Below are positions 1 to 22,500 of a DNA stretch of 64,000 nucleotides, in pieces. The notes below the pieces were generated by a model. That model ran no database searches and had not been told where the DNA came from. It saw nothing but the letters and a program-made list of their open reading frames with translations. Source of the DNA: the human T2T-CHM13v2.0 reference genome, Homo sapiens; the NCBI RefSeq assembly GCF_009914755.1, contig NC_060936.1. One strand, 5' to 3'. The translations under genes and the position numbers were made by a program. The stretch's first letter is position 1, and every line of letters starts with the position of its first letter.

Positions 1-344
1 GCACAGACAAACAAAAAGACAGCAGTAACCTCTGCAGACTTAAGTGTCCCTGTCTGACAGCTTTGAAGAGAGCAGTGGTTCTCCCAGCACGCAGCTGGAG
101 ATCTGAGAACGGGCAGACTGCCTCCTCAAGTGGGTCCCTGACCCCTGACCCCTGAGCAGCCTAACTGGGAGGCACCCCCCAGCAGGGGCACACTGACACC
201 TCACATGGCAGGGTATTCCAACAGACCTGCAGCTGAGGGTCCTGTCTGTTAGAAGGAAAACTAACAACCAGAAAGGACATCTACACCAAAAACCCATCTG
301 TACATCACCATCATCAAAGACCAAAAGTAGATAAAACCACAAAG

Positions 345-1361
345 ATGGGGAAAAAACAGAACAGAAAAACTGGAAACTCTAAAACGCAGAGCGCCTCTCC
401 TCCTCCAAAGGAACGCAGTTCCTCACCAGCAACGGAACAAAGCTGGATGGAGAATGATTTTGACGAGCTGAGAGAAGAAGGCTTCAGACGATCAAATTAC
501 TCTGAGCTACGGGAGGACATTCAAACCAAAGGCAAAGAAGTTGAAAACTTTGAAAAAAATTTAGAAGAATGTATAACTAGAATAACCAATACAGAGAAGT
601 GCTTAAAGGAGCTGATGGAGCTGAAAACCAAGGCTCGAGAACTACGTGAAGAATGCAGAAGCCTCAGGAGCCGATGCGATCAACTCGAAGAAAGGGTATC
701 AGCAATGGAAGATGAAATGAATGAAATGAAGCAAGAAGGGAAGTTTAGAGAAAAAAGAATAAAAAGAAATGAGCAAAGCCTCCAAGAAATATGGGACTAC
801 GTGAAAAGACCACATCTACGTCTGATTGGTGTACCTGAAAGTGATGGGGAGAATGGAACCAAGTTGGAAAACACTCTGCAGGATATTATCCAGGAGAACT
901 TCCCCAATCTAGCAAGGCAGGCCAACGTTCAGATTCAGGAAATACAGAGAACGCCACAAAGATACTCCTCGAGAAGAGCAACTCCAAGACACATAATTGT
1001 CAGATTCACCAAAGTTGAAATGAAGGAAAAAATGTTAAGGGCAGCCAGAGAGAAAGGTCGGGTTACCCTCAAAGGAAAGCCCATCAGACTAACAGCGGAT
1101 CTCTCGGCAGAAACCCTACAAGCCAGAAGAGAGTGGGGGCCAATATTCAACATTCTTAAAGAAAAGAATTTTCAACCCAGAATTTCATATCCAGCCAAAC
1201 TAAGCTTCATAAGTGAAGGAGAAATAAAATACTTTATAGACAAGCAAATGGTGAGAGATTTTGTCACCACCAGGCCTGCCCTAAAAGAGCTCCTGAAGGA
1301 AGCGCTAAACATGGAAAGGAACAACCGGTACCAGCCGCTGCAAAATCATGCCAAAATGTAA
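345..1361 (+). CDS. L1 ORF1p, full length 338 aa (coiled coil, RRM, CTD)
   Basis: MGKKQNRK...QNHAKM uninterrupted; REKG, ARREW and YPAKLS motifs present; position 157 is H (RPHLRL) where I recall N. Confidence 0.95.
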   Translation: MGKKQNRKTGNSKTQSASPPPKERSSSPATEQSWMENDFDELREEGFRRSNYSELREDIQTKGKEVENFEKNLEECITRITNTEKCLKELMELKTKARELREECRSLRSRCDQLEERVSAMEDEMNEMKQEGKFREKRIKRNEQSLQEIWDYVKRPHLRLIGVPESDGENGTKLENTLQDIIQENFPNLARQANVQIQEIQRTPQRYSSRRATPRHIIVRFTKVEMKEKMLRAAREKGRVTLKGKPIRLTADLSAETLQARREWGPIFNILKEKNFQPRISYPAKLSFISEGEIKYFIDKQMVRDFVTTRPALKELLKEALNMERNNRYQPLQNHAKM

Positions 1362-1400
1362 AGACCATCGAGACTAGGAAGAAACTGCATCAACTAATGA

Positions 1401-5251
<3,851 letters not shown>

Positions 5252-5458
5252 ACAATGAGATCACATGGACACAGGAAGGGGAATATCACACTCTGGGGAC
5301 TGTGGTGGGGTCGGGGGATGGGGGAGGGATAGCATTGGGAGATATACCTAATGCTAGATGACACGTTAGTGGGTGCAGCGCACCAGCATGGCACATGTAT
5401 ACATATGTAACTAACCTGCACAATGTGCACATGTACCCTAAAACTTAGAGTATAATAA

Positions 5459-8571
<3,113 letters not shown>

Positions 8572-8888
8572 GACTATATAAAAAAATGCTTAAAAATCAG
8601 TAAGAAAATTTTGGCAAACCACCTCACAGGAAAAAATGGGCAAAGTTATAAACAAATATTTTATAGAATATGATAAACAAGCAATAAATATGTAGATTTC
8701 AAGCACGCTAGTAAACAGGTAAATGCTAATTAAAATATATGATATATTGACAAAAATTTAAGTCTGAAAGTGTCAAGTTTCAACAAAAAGTAAAAACAAG
8801 TGGAATTCTTTTATACTGCTATGAAAGGTAAATTGAGTATGACCATTTGGAAAACAATTTGGTTACCTAATAAATTTCAAGCTGCTTA
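8572..8888 (+). mobile_element. Old L1M (L1ME-like) ORF2 3' fragment, left part
   Basis: Degenerate AAAATGGGCAAAG...TAAATGCTAATTAAAA...TTGGAAAACAATTTGG, matching the L1 C-terminal region. Confidence 0.6.
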
Positions 8889-10938
8889 TGTCAGTTTTCT
8901 AAAATTGCCAAAATAAATTATCTCAAGTTTAGCAGCTAAAATAATGCTATCTCACAGTTAGGAAGTCAGAAGTTGAGCGAGCTCAGCTGGGAATTCTGCT
9001 TAGGATCTCACAATGCTGAAATCAAGGTGTCGGCCAGCTTGTGTTCTTATCTGGAGGCTCAGGTTGATAGCAAACATAATTTAATTCCTTCTCACGGTTT
9101 CCACGTGGCCTCCATGTCTTCAAGTCAGCAACAAGTAGGTTGAGTGCCTCTCACTCTACAAGTGTCTAACTTTCACATGCATTGCATCTCTTCTGCCTTT
9201 AAAGGGTCACATGATTATATTAGGTGTACCTACATAGACTAAGATAATCTTCCTATCTTAAGGTCAGCTAATTAGCATGATTAGTAATTTTAGTTACATC
9301 TGCAAAGTTCCTTTTGCCACATAACACAACATAACATAACTATAGTTGTGACATCAGAGAGTGAGGATCATGGAGGCAGAATTTTGCTTTCACAGTTCAC
9401 CCTTTGGCCTTCATGATCCATGGTCCTCCCATATAAAAACACATTCACTCCCTGCCCAGGTCCCTGAAGATCTCATCACATTATAACACAAATTCAGTTC
9501 AAAAATCTTCCCTAAATCTAACCAGCTTTAATGTTCCAAATCTCATCATCTAAATCCTTTAAATCACATATGGTTGGGGCTCTGTATATAATCTATCATG
9601 GGACATAGATCACTCCATCAGGGACCTGTGGCTGTAAAGAAACAGATTATCTGCTTCCAACACATGATGGGTCAAGCATAGGATAACAGTTATATACATT
9701 CCAGTTCAAACAGGGAGGAAATAAAAGGTAAAATGGAGTCATGAGTCCAAAATAATTTTGAAATCCAGCTGAGCAAACTCTATGAGCTTTTTCATGGTTC
9801 ACAACTCCATCAACTGAGTCATTCTTCCTTTTTTGTAAAAGGGTAGCAAGAAATTGCAATTGAGTAGTTTTATCAGCCTGTTTCCTGCCAGAAGAAGTTG
9901 GAGGGTATGACAATCTACTTTCATTTATACTCTCCCTCTCTCTCTTTTAGTCCAAGTTGGCAGTGCTTCTGCTGACAAAAAATCCTCAAGATCTTTATGG
10001 GTCTCCTGCATATGTCATGAGGACTCATTCCACCAGGCAATGGCATCCTCCACAGATCTTTCTTAGATAATACTATCTCTATTTATTTTCTTCTGAGATA
10101 GTTGAGAGTGTCTAGAGATCACATATTCAGTCTTTTCAAAGAGCCTTTTGTGCAACTGAATATTCTAATTGTATATCTCCCTGAAGTTTTAGCAGGAGTA
10201 TCAGAGTCACATCTTCATGCTTCTTTCTGGAGTAGACTTTCCTGATACTCAATCTCTTCATTTGAGAGTCTTCAGCCATTTGGGTAAGCTGAGTATTTCC
10301 CAACTCATCATGTCTATTCAAAGCTTTCTAAGTTTTTTCTAACATGTTCTTCAAAATTCTCCCATTCTCCACCCACTTCTATGCAAGAGGAGTGGGTGGA
10401 GGATAGGGGCTATCCTATTGCCATAACAAATTACCATAAACTTAGTGGGCTAAAACAATATCCATTCATCATTGGTCAGTTCTGTACATCAAAATTTCAG
10501 TAGGATCAGCTAAGTATTCTCTTTAGAATTTCAAAGGCTGAAATCAAAGTGTCAAGTGGTCTATGTTTTTATCTAGTGGATCTGAGAGAGACTTCACTTC
10601 CAAGTTCATTCATGTTGTTGGCAAAATTCATTTTCTTCTCATGATTTCCATGTGGCTCCCTACATCTTCCAGCCAGGAAAGGAAGATCAAATCCTTCTCA
10701 TTCTTTCAATCTCTTAGACTTCCCCACCTACTGCATCTCTCCGACTTCCTAGTCTGCCTTTCTCTTCTGTTTTGAAGGGCTCATGTAAGTACATTAAGCC
10801 CACCCTCATCTTGAGCTCAACGTATTAGTAACCTTAACTATACCTGTAAACTTCCTCCTGCCATGCAAAGTAGCCTAACTATGGGTGTGACACCACATAG
10901 CTAAGATCATGAGAGCCAAAATTCTTCCTTCTACCCTG
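8889..10938 (-). mobile_element. MaLR (MLT1-type) provirus: LTR ~8889-9394, internal ~9395-10400, LTR ~10410-10938
   Basis: Two related direct repeats (ATTGCCA..AAATTA, GCTGAAATCAA(G/A)GTGTC, TTTCCA(C/T)GTGGC, GATCATG) flank about 1 kb resembling MaLR internal sequence. Confidence 0.7.
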
Positions 10939-11365
10939 CACATACCCGTAATCTCACAATTCCATTCCTAGGCATATAAGACATATAAGTTTTATTGCAG
11001 TATTGCGTATATAAAAAAAAAACCTAAAAACTACTAAAAAAGCCTATCAACTTGATGTTAGGTAAATCTGTTTATAATTCATAAAATAGATTATTACAGA
11101 ACAATGAGAAAAAGACTAAACTACAACAAAAAAAGCTCGTTGACTAGATACTAGGCAAATCTATTTGTAATTCATAAAATTGACATAGCAATAAAAAATG
11201 AATAAACTAGGGCTTCACATATTACATGGATGGTTCTCACAAATTATTTTAAGCAAAAAAATCAAGTCACAAAAATATATACAGTAAGATTTCAGTTATA
11301 TAAATTAAGAAACATAAAAAAAGTCAAACTTAGGTTCCATAATATAATTGTTTAAAAGACATGTA
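10939..11365 (+). mobile_element. Old L1M (L1ME-like) fragment, continuation of 8572-8888
   Basis: CATACCC..CAATTCCATTCCTAGGCATATA resumes the L1 sequence where the MLT1 interrupted it; followed by L1ME-like 3'UTR. Confidence 0.6.
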
Positions 11366-11367
11366 TT

Positions 11368-11695
<328 letters not shown>

Positions 11696-12010
11696 TTATA
11701 GGCATTATGTTAGGTAGTGAGGTCACAAAGTTGAAGAAATATGGTCCCTAGCCTAGAGAGTCTCTTGGGAAGAAAAGCAAATAAGCACATAGTAATGATG
11801 TCATAACTGATGCAGACACTGATGCAGTAACAACAAAGGATAACGGGCAATATAAACTGAAGTAAGACAAAGTCAATAGAAGAACACCAAAAATGGGGCA
11901 ATAATCATGGTCTGGCAGAGACAAAGAAGATTTAACACAGAAGGTGGCAGGAACTGGGTCTACTAAAAAGGTGAGTACAAATAGGCAAGTTGAACAGGTG
12001 CAGAAATAGT

Positions 12011-12765
12011 CCTATCATTTGAATGTGTCCCATCCAAACTTACGTGTTGGAAAATTCACCCAAATGGTACAGTGTTGGTATATTAATCTGTTCTCATGCT
12101 GCTAATAAAGACATACCTGAGACTGGGTAATTTATAAAGGAAACAGGTTTAATTGACTCACAGTTCAGCATGGCTGGAGAGGCCTCAGAAAACTTACAAT
12201 CATGGCAGAAGGGGAAGCAAACACATCCTTCTTCACATGGCATCAGGAAGGAGAAGTGCCAAGGAAAAAAAGGAAAAGCCCCTTATAAAAACCATCAGAT
12301 CTCGTGAAAACTCACTATCATGAGAACAGCAGCATGACGGTAACCACCCCCATGATTCAATTACCTCCCATTGGGACCCTCCCACAACATGTGGGGATTA
12401 CAGGAACTACAATGAGATTTGACTGGGGACATGGCCAAACCATATCAGTTGGGAAGTGGAGCTTTTGGGGAGGTGTTTAAGTCATGAGGGCTCCATCCCC
12501 ATGAATGGATTAACGCCACTATTAAAAAGCGTTTATGGAAGTGGCTTCTCACTCTTCTGCTCTTCTGCCATGTGAGGACAGAGTGTGCCCCTCTTGCCTT
12601 TCTGCCTTCTTCAATATAAAGATGCAGCAAGAAAGTCCTTACCGGACACTGTGCCTTGATCTTGGATTCTGCAGCCTCCAAAACTGTGAAAGATTAAACT
12701 TCTGTTCCTTATAAATTACCCAATCTCAGGTATTCTGTTATAGCAGTACAAAATAGACTAAGAGA
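12011..12765 (+). mobile_element. MST-type MaLR LTR, split by a THE1 LTR
   Basis: TTTGAATGTGTCC at the start; ATAAATTACCCAATCTCAGGTATTCTGTTATAGCAG...GACTAAGA at the end. Confidence 0.8.
12079..12447 (-). mobile_element. THE1 solo LTR (THE1D-like)
   Basis: T(A)TATTAATCTGTTCTCATGCTGCTAATAAAGACATACC...CCAAACCATATCA; 5-bp TSD GTTGG at 12074-12078 and 12448-12452. Confidence 0.92.
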
Positions 12766-12769
12766 AGTA

Positions 12770-13900
12770 CCTTTCCGACATAGGGAGCAGATACATTGTT
12801 GTGAGAATACGGCCCACTGGAGAAAATTTAAGTAGTTGAGAGCATAAGATGTGTTTAGGAATATGAGAATAAACTGCTTGGTCTCAAGTGCTATCATAAA
12901 GAGTTGAGATTATTTTTCTTCAAAGGGCATGGAAAAGAATTGGAGGATTTCAAACAAGGAAAGGGGGCTGAATTTTATATCTTATTCCAGAAAAAACAAT
13001 TAGGAGCTGCTATACACAGAAAGGACTAATGCATAATGAGACCATACACATCAAAGGCCAGTTGTGACAGCCATATAATGATCTAAATAAGAAGGGTTGC
13101 TACACAAGGGTAGTGGAGGTGGAGATGGACAGAAGAGTCCCAGAAAAGATGGTCATTAATTGGGAAAAGAATGATAGAGGGGAAAAAAGACTGGAATATG
13201 ACTTCTGGCTATCTAACCTAGAAAACTGTCTAGTGATGCTATCACAGAAATAAAATAGAGCGGGAGGAGTTTTGAGGTATAAATGATAAATTCAATTTTG
13301 GGGCTTATTCAATTTGAGATTTCTTTGGGACATCTATGTTCAGTGGGCAGTTGTGCCAAGGGGAGAAATATAATTGTTATAAGACATGAACATTGATGGC
13401 ATAAAGTTGACTGTTAAAATCAGGGACATGTAATAGATCACTCAGGTTAATATACACTGCAGGCAGTAGGTTTAAACTTTGTTGATTCACAGACACATTT
13501 GAGACTCCATTAAGAGCTACAGAAATTTTCAGGAAAAGATTTTCACCCAGAATTCTGCATAAAATTCCAGGTCATTCTTAGGCCTGCGAAAGACAGTGTG
13601 AAAACTATCGAGAGAGCCAGAAGAAAACCTCAGAGAGATGGTGTCATGAAAGCAAAGGAAGAGGAGATTCAAGGAAGAAGTGGTCAAGATTTCCAATAGC
13701 CACAGAGAGGCCAAATATGATAACTGCAAGCACCTGGGGTACATGACACGGAGGAGGTCCCTGACTCCAGGTATGCCACTGGAGTGGAATCATGAAGAAT
13801 GAGTTGAAGAGGGAGTAGTAGCTGAGTAGTTGTACAAGAAGAGTCTTTGAGGATAGAAAGAATGGAGGGGGAGCTGCAGCATGAGGTAGAAGCAGAACTG
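12770..13900 (-). mobile_element. L2 fragments, with a possible hAT-Charlie-like piece at ~13463-13585
   Basis: Purine-rich L2-like phrases (GATAAATTCAATTTTGGG...TTTGAGAT; GGTGTCATGAAAGCAAAGGAAG). Confidence 0.5.
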
Positions 13901-14089
13901 TGGGTCTGCGGGCTGTCAGGGAGGAAGTTCAAGATGCAGGCAAGGTCTCTAGAGAAGCCTCTGTGTACCGAAATGCAAAGCTTTGATAAATGCAACTGCT
14001 TAGGAGAAGAGGAGAAACATGCTTGACTAAGCCAGAAAAGAAAATATATCTCAACTGTAGTGAGATTAAAAAAACTGAAGAAAGTTTAA

Positions 14090-14352
<263 letters not shown>

Positions 14353-17300
14353 ACCTGAATTTTAAAAACCAGTCCTGCTCCTGACTTCCTTCCCCTATTG
14401 ATTTAGGGTGGGCTATTTATGTGGCTTTTATTTTTCTTTGCTGAACAATGGAATTTTAAGATCTTATGACTAAATATCCATTTACAGGCCTACATCTTAT
14501 GCTTTGACACAGTCTGGAATATTCTCTATATAACTATTAATATATAGCATTTCATATTCTATACTAGATTGTAAACTATAGTAACACTAATTATAGCTGT
14601 CAGCAAATAATATAGCTTTTTATTTCTTGTTTAGTGTCCTCTTAGAAACCTCTGTAGGTTCATCATGGACCCCATTGAAACAATTATATTTTGGTAGTGA
14701 ATATGTCAACAATTTTAACTTTATATATATATATTTTTAAGTTAGCCACATAAGACCTGCAATACCTTACGTATGATACTTTCTGCTTTGGTCACACATT
14801 TCATTAAATTTATTGTCACATCTTCAATACCCTTTCACACTGACCTCATCCTTCTATGGTGTCGTCAACCCCAGCTATTTACCCTCTCTGCACCTAGGCA
14901 GACTCATGTGGTGTGAGCACTGCAGGATCCTACTACAGAGCCAAACAGGCTGGTGCCACCACTGGGTCCTGGGCTCCAGCCATAGCTCCATCTGCAATGT
15001 TCTGTGACCCTTCCAAGCACATTTTCCTTTTCTGCTCAGTAGCTTCTCCAAATATTATGAATAACTTTTTTCAAGCCCCCCAGCACTTACCCTTTCCTCT
15101 TCTCACCACTCCTAGCCTTTTATTTTTACAATCTCACCTTTTACGCTGAGTAGATATCATATTAAATATTAGTTGTCATATTTATTATCTAATCCTCTAT
15201 CACACTGTGCCCAAGAGCTTTTCACATGTCATTCAATCTTTCCTCAACTAAAAATAAAAGATGCATGCAAGTACAGTTTAAAACTAATGATTCATTTAAT
15301 TTAAAGCAGATGCATTTATCTTTCTATGCAGTTTTTTATTTTCAAATTATTAACAACATGTCATTTCTAAGATTTTAATAAATTCGCTGTCACACATGAA
15401 ACACACTATGCTCACTGTTAAAATACATCATATGCCAGAAACTAAAATTGCAACTTTTGTTTAAAATTTAAAACACTATGCTCATCAAAAAATCCATCTG
15501 TTACCCGGTAATTTTTAACATAGTAATTAGACTAAATGGGATCTCATTTTATAGTTAGAATGTAAATGTTGACATTAAAAGGAAAGCAAAATAGTTATTA
15601 TCATGGTAAGGAATCATAAGGAGTACAATAAATTATGTAATACATAGATTTTTCAGTAACAAAAACAAAGTAAACTGCTCAACCTCTGGAGATTCAGATT
15701 TTGTTTTTAAAAATAAACAATTATTGAATAGAGTAGCATATTCCTAGCTCTTACATACCACATATGTCAAAAATGTTTCAAGAAATTGTTGTGCTCTGAT
15801 AACTTAGGTCTATCTATCTATCCATCTACAGAAATATGAGGTTTCTAATATTACTAAAATCATAGTTTGCATTTATAATGTGGTAAGGTACACATGTAGC
15901 AAGGCTATTATAATTTTAAAATTCTGTATTTTTAAAGTCTGAATTTTAAAATTCCTAAGTCTTGGGAAACAAGTGCAAAGTTATAATGTGCAGGAGAGAT
16001 ACTTAAAATAATCAAGAGAAAAAGAGGAAACATATAAATGTGACTATTATCCTGGAAAATTCAGTGCAATAAACATTTATTGAACTCTTACTATTTACAA
16101 GGCACAACAGGTCTCTACAATACAAAGAATATAATGTTTTCTTTTGAAGTCTCTTTACAATTGTTCTATAAAGAAAGAAATGGGGGAAGGTATTCAGCCT
16201 CTTGATTGAGTTTTAGAAGTTTGTTCAGGTTCTTTGATCCAGCATGCTGTGGACTCCCTGTGTCATAGTATACAGGAGAATTAATAAAAACCTAACAGGA
16301 GCAACTATTGAAGGTTCTTTGTTTTGTTGTTGTTTAGCAGACCTGCTTAAGAAAGAAAAATTGGTAATTTAAAACAAACAAAAATAGTATGAAAGAAAGG
16401 GGAGAAAGAACCATCACTCTAATACCAGAAAAACTAACAATTCACAGTTAGCCAGAAATTGTATATTTATTTTAAAAATTGAAATAAATTCCTGCTAATG
16501 ATTAAAAATATATACTGGAATGTAGCTGTATTTGTGAATGTCCACTTACTAAACTGCTGTCCATGTTTAGAATCTTTCATCAGAGTTACCTCAAACTGTG
16601 AAAGAATTGAGAGCCAGTTGATCTATCTCCACAATTACTGGGAGGGTCCAATCACTATTGTTGTTATCAAAGAAAACAGTGAAATGTCAAGATTATTGGA
16701 AATTTTTACTTACTGGCATTTGTTCTCAGGGCAGCCTGATGCACTGAGTCTACCTGGACCTAAAATGATGCCACAGCCCAATCAAGGCTAAATACTCAAA
16801 AGCTTTTTAAATAAACGAATGAATGAATACAAACACTAACAGTATGTCTAATCTCTCCCCTTCCCTTTCTCCAGGGAATATGTGAGCCAATTAAACAGGA
16901 ACTTTTGAAAGGATAGAAAGCCCTAGAAAACTCTGTAGAGTTAGAGACTGGGCAAATCATCCTGAATTATCAAATAGAAAAAATGACCAGGTACGATGAC
17001 AACACTGTGAAGTTTTCTTGTTACCACATTGTCAATTCAAAACAATGATTTTCCAAATAAGGGGAAAAAAACAGAAGTACTTATTTCCAAAACTAAAAAT
17101 GAATTTATTTTTTAATCCTTCCAATTGCCTTCCTATATTTAGACTGTCTTGGCTCTGTTCTGGAAAATAGTTGAGCCCTGTTTATCTCAGATAAAGGTGG
17201 GCCACTGGACTGTGCTTGAGGAAGAGTTGCATGGGTAACAGACACCAGGAAGGAACCTCATCCTTGAAATGACCTAAATCAGAATGGGTGTCCCCTGGGA

Positions 17301-17363
17301 GCTCTTCTTGCATCTAGAGATATTCTTGACTCTTCAGTAAATGATTCTGTATTACTAAAGTGA

Positions 17364-17718
<355 letters not shown>

Positions 17719-17739
17719 AATTTATTCATTTTTTTGAAG

Positions 17740-17932
17740 GCAATATAATGCTGTGGTTAAGCATGCAGGCATGAAAGCCAAACACCCTGTATTTGAACTT
17801 AGTTTTTTCAGAATCTTGTCTCAGTTTCTCCCTCTGATGAAATGGGTATAATAACAGTACTTGTCTAGCTCGTAATAGTGCTATGAAGGTTAGAGGAGTC
17901 AATAGATGCAAAGCCAGTAGAATAGTAACTGA
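17740..17932 (+). mobile_element. MIR
   Basis: GTGGTTAAGCATGCAGGC...CTCAGTTTCTCC...AAATGGGTATAATAACAGTAC core. Confidence 0.7.
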
Positions 17933-19183
<1,251 letters not shown>

Positions 19184-19281
19184 TTAGCCACTGGTATTAC
19201 TTAAAATAACAATTCACAGCTCCCTTTTATTTGCTTTGATAACTAACATCCACCTGAGAATAAGTATAACAGCAGAGATAG

Positions 19282-19637
<356 letters not shown>

Positions 19638-19920
19638 TTATAACTCAGACCAAGATAAGTGTGATGCTTATGTTCCAAGGTTGGTCCATAAAGGTCTTTC
19701 CTCACCTATTAGTTTGTTTAACTACAGAACTAATATTCTTAGCCTGCATTTTGAATCCTAGAATCATCAAACTATGCCATACACAAGAGGAAAAAAAAGA
19801 AGAAAGGAGCAATAAATTTCACTGTAGAGGAAACTGTAGTTTCTCTGAAAGATTTTATCACAATATAACTTCTAAACACTTCCTATACAAAAAGCAACCA
19901 TTTGGAAACTAAACTGAATT

Positions 19921-20233
<313 letters not shown>

Positions 20234-20250
20234 GAAACTCATCTGAATAA

Positions 20251-20396
20251 ATTAGTTTTATTTAGAAAACTAAGAACATTCTTAGTGTCACCCAAATAAA
20301 ACTAATAAACAAGCTTTATTAGTTTTATAGGCTGGTGAAGTATCAAATAAAACTAACCTGTTTATTAGCTTTATTTGAGTGAAACTGAGAATGTTC
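20251..20396. repeat. Compound inverted repeat / long hairpin
   Basis: Arms 20274-20311 and 20359-20396 match 34/38 as reverse complements; inner 10-bp stem 20319-20328 / 20347-20356; five alternating copies of AAATAAAACTAAT-like sequence. Confidence 0.9.
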
Positions 20397-22289
20397 GCTG
20401 AATCTATAAAGGTAATACTATTAGAACTCACCCTCCAAAATAATATAGATCATGTCTTATCACTTGTTTCCTTCAGTTATAATGTTTCCAACAGGTTTTC
20501 AATCCAACCCAATGAGGTTAGGCAAATATAAACAAAAATATCTTGCAAATGTTGAAACTCTGGGTGAATACTGGCACCTAAAACACATGGACAGAATGTC
20601 CCATCTACTACTAAAGCTCACCAATCTGTATGGCAACCTCAAAAATGGATGATCTTCCTTTTGTTAGCATACATCCTCCTTACATCCACTGTCTCATGAA
20701 AGAAACCTGAAGGTCCTTGAAATCTTCTTCAACCTAGACCATCAACCTTTCACCAATCCTTGTGAAATCAACCTTCAGAACATATTTTTCATCTGTCCAT
20801 TTTTCCTCATCTTCCTAACCCAAACAACTATCTGTTAACCACATACAACCATCCTCTACACAGAAGTCAATGATCCTCTTTGAAAAAAATCGTAAATTTT
20901 CCCATTGCATTTATGATAAAGTTTAAAATACTAAAAATGACCTACATATTGTAGGTTAAGCTAATATTCTAATTTTCATAGGGCCTGTATCAATATGCAA
21001 TTATACTTAGTTGCATGATTATTCATTTAATGAATAAATGGTAAAAACCAATAAAGACAGGAACAACTTTGCATATTCATCATTGTATACTTAGTACCTA
21101 ACAGTTTCTGATCCATAATCAATTCCTAGTAAAGATTTGTTGAATATATTATTTTTAAAAAACACAATCCCTAAAACCTCTATTATACTCAGATTCTATC
21201 TACCAGAATCTGTCAGTAAATTATTTGCTCTATAAAGTTACCATTCGTAAAATAATTTTTCCTTTTGTTTTTCTTTCCTAAACTGGGATGCCCAAAGGGC
21301 TTACTTGCACACAAGTCTCATAGGAACAAGACACATGTCACACCAAGTCAGAACAACCAACCAATCATTCTGAGGCTTGTCTCTGACAATGACATTAAAG
21401 GCTATTTTGTAAAAAACTCATTCATTTTACCTATATCTCTCATGACTGGTCATATCCTTTACAATCCTTTCCATCCAGAAGAGTTCTTCATCTGTATGAC
21501 TTTAGTTGTCACTACTGGAATATCTGAGTAGAGCAGAGAATCATGGGAATCTGCAGATACACATAATCTGCCTATTTAGAGTAAGCAATTTACCTCCCTG
21601 GAGATCATTCCAGAGAATGAGCTCACTCACATTCGAAAATGAATGCAAGAAAGTGGTTCAACTCAACATTTTGATTAAACTTCGATTATATGTAAACCTC
21701 AGAAGCTTGTGTATAATAACATGAGTAAATGTACTAAAATTCCTTCTATCTTTGGCCTTTAAAAAGAATATACCATTTTTCGAGAGGCTTTCCCAGAAGT
21801 AGATTAAAGCTCTACTCTAGGCTGGTGAAGTATCTAATATCTATCTGAAAGGCAATCAGTGGTTTTATTTTTAATGTGTTGAGTCATGTGAAGATTACAA
21901 ACATGTATACACATCTGTGTAGTCTTTGCAAATAAAAAAATATTTTATTCTTAATTGACACTGAACCCTGGATTATTTTTTGTAATTACATGTTAACATG
22001 GGAAATTTGGGATATTTCCAAAACTATCTTATAAAACCCAAACTAATGAAAAGAAGAAATCTAACTCAGTTCCCCTATTTGATAGTTCAGCTACATACTG
22101 AAAACAGACAAATAGTTTTTAATATTTATATTTGGATAATACTTACCACTTTACATAAGTGTAATCAAGTTTGGTTTAACACGGTCCTTTCCTTAAACTT
22201 GCTGAATTCCTAGCTAAACACGTCTCTAAGAAAAATAAACATGAAGGAAGGAAGGAAAGATACTGGCTATTTTTAATAAAAACAATGAG

Positions 22290-22500
22290 TGTTTATTAAA
22301 TTCTAATGTGCTCCATCACAAATCAGTTGTATAAAGTATTGATGTTACTTACAATAATACTCTTAAATGAGTGTTATTCAGATATTTCAGATGAGGAAGC
22401 TGGGTCTCAGGAATTTGATGCACTTTGCTCAAATTACATACCTAATCAATTGTAACACCCAGGTCTGACTGCTCCCAAAGCTCATGTACTATCAACTTCA
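22290..22500 (-). mobile_element. MIR
   Basis: ATTTCAGATGAGGAAGCTGGGTCTCAG...CCCAGGTCTGACTG. Confidence 0.6.

Noticed and set aside
40-342. Minus-strand 100-aa ORF in the L1 5'UTR as ORF0
   Set aside because: ORF0 lies further 5' in the UTR, outside this window; this ORF begins at a non-ATG codon and is incidental.
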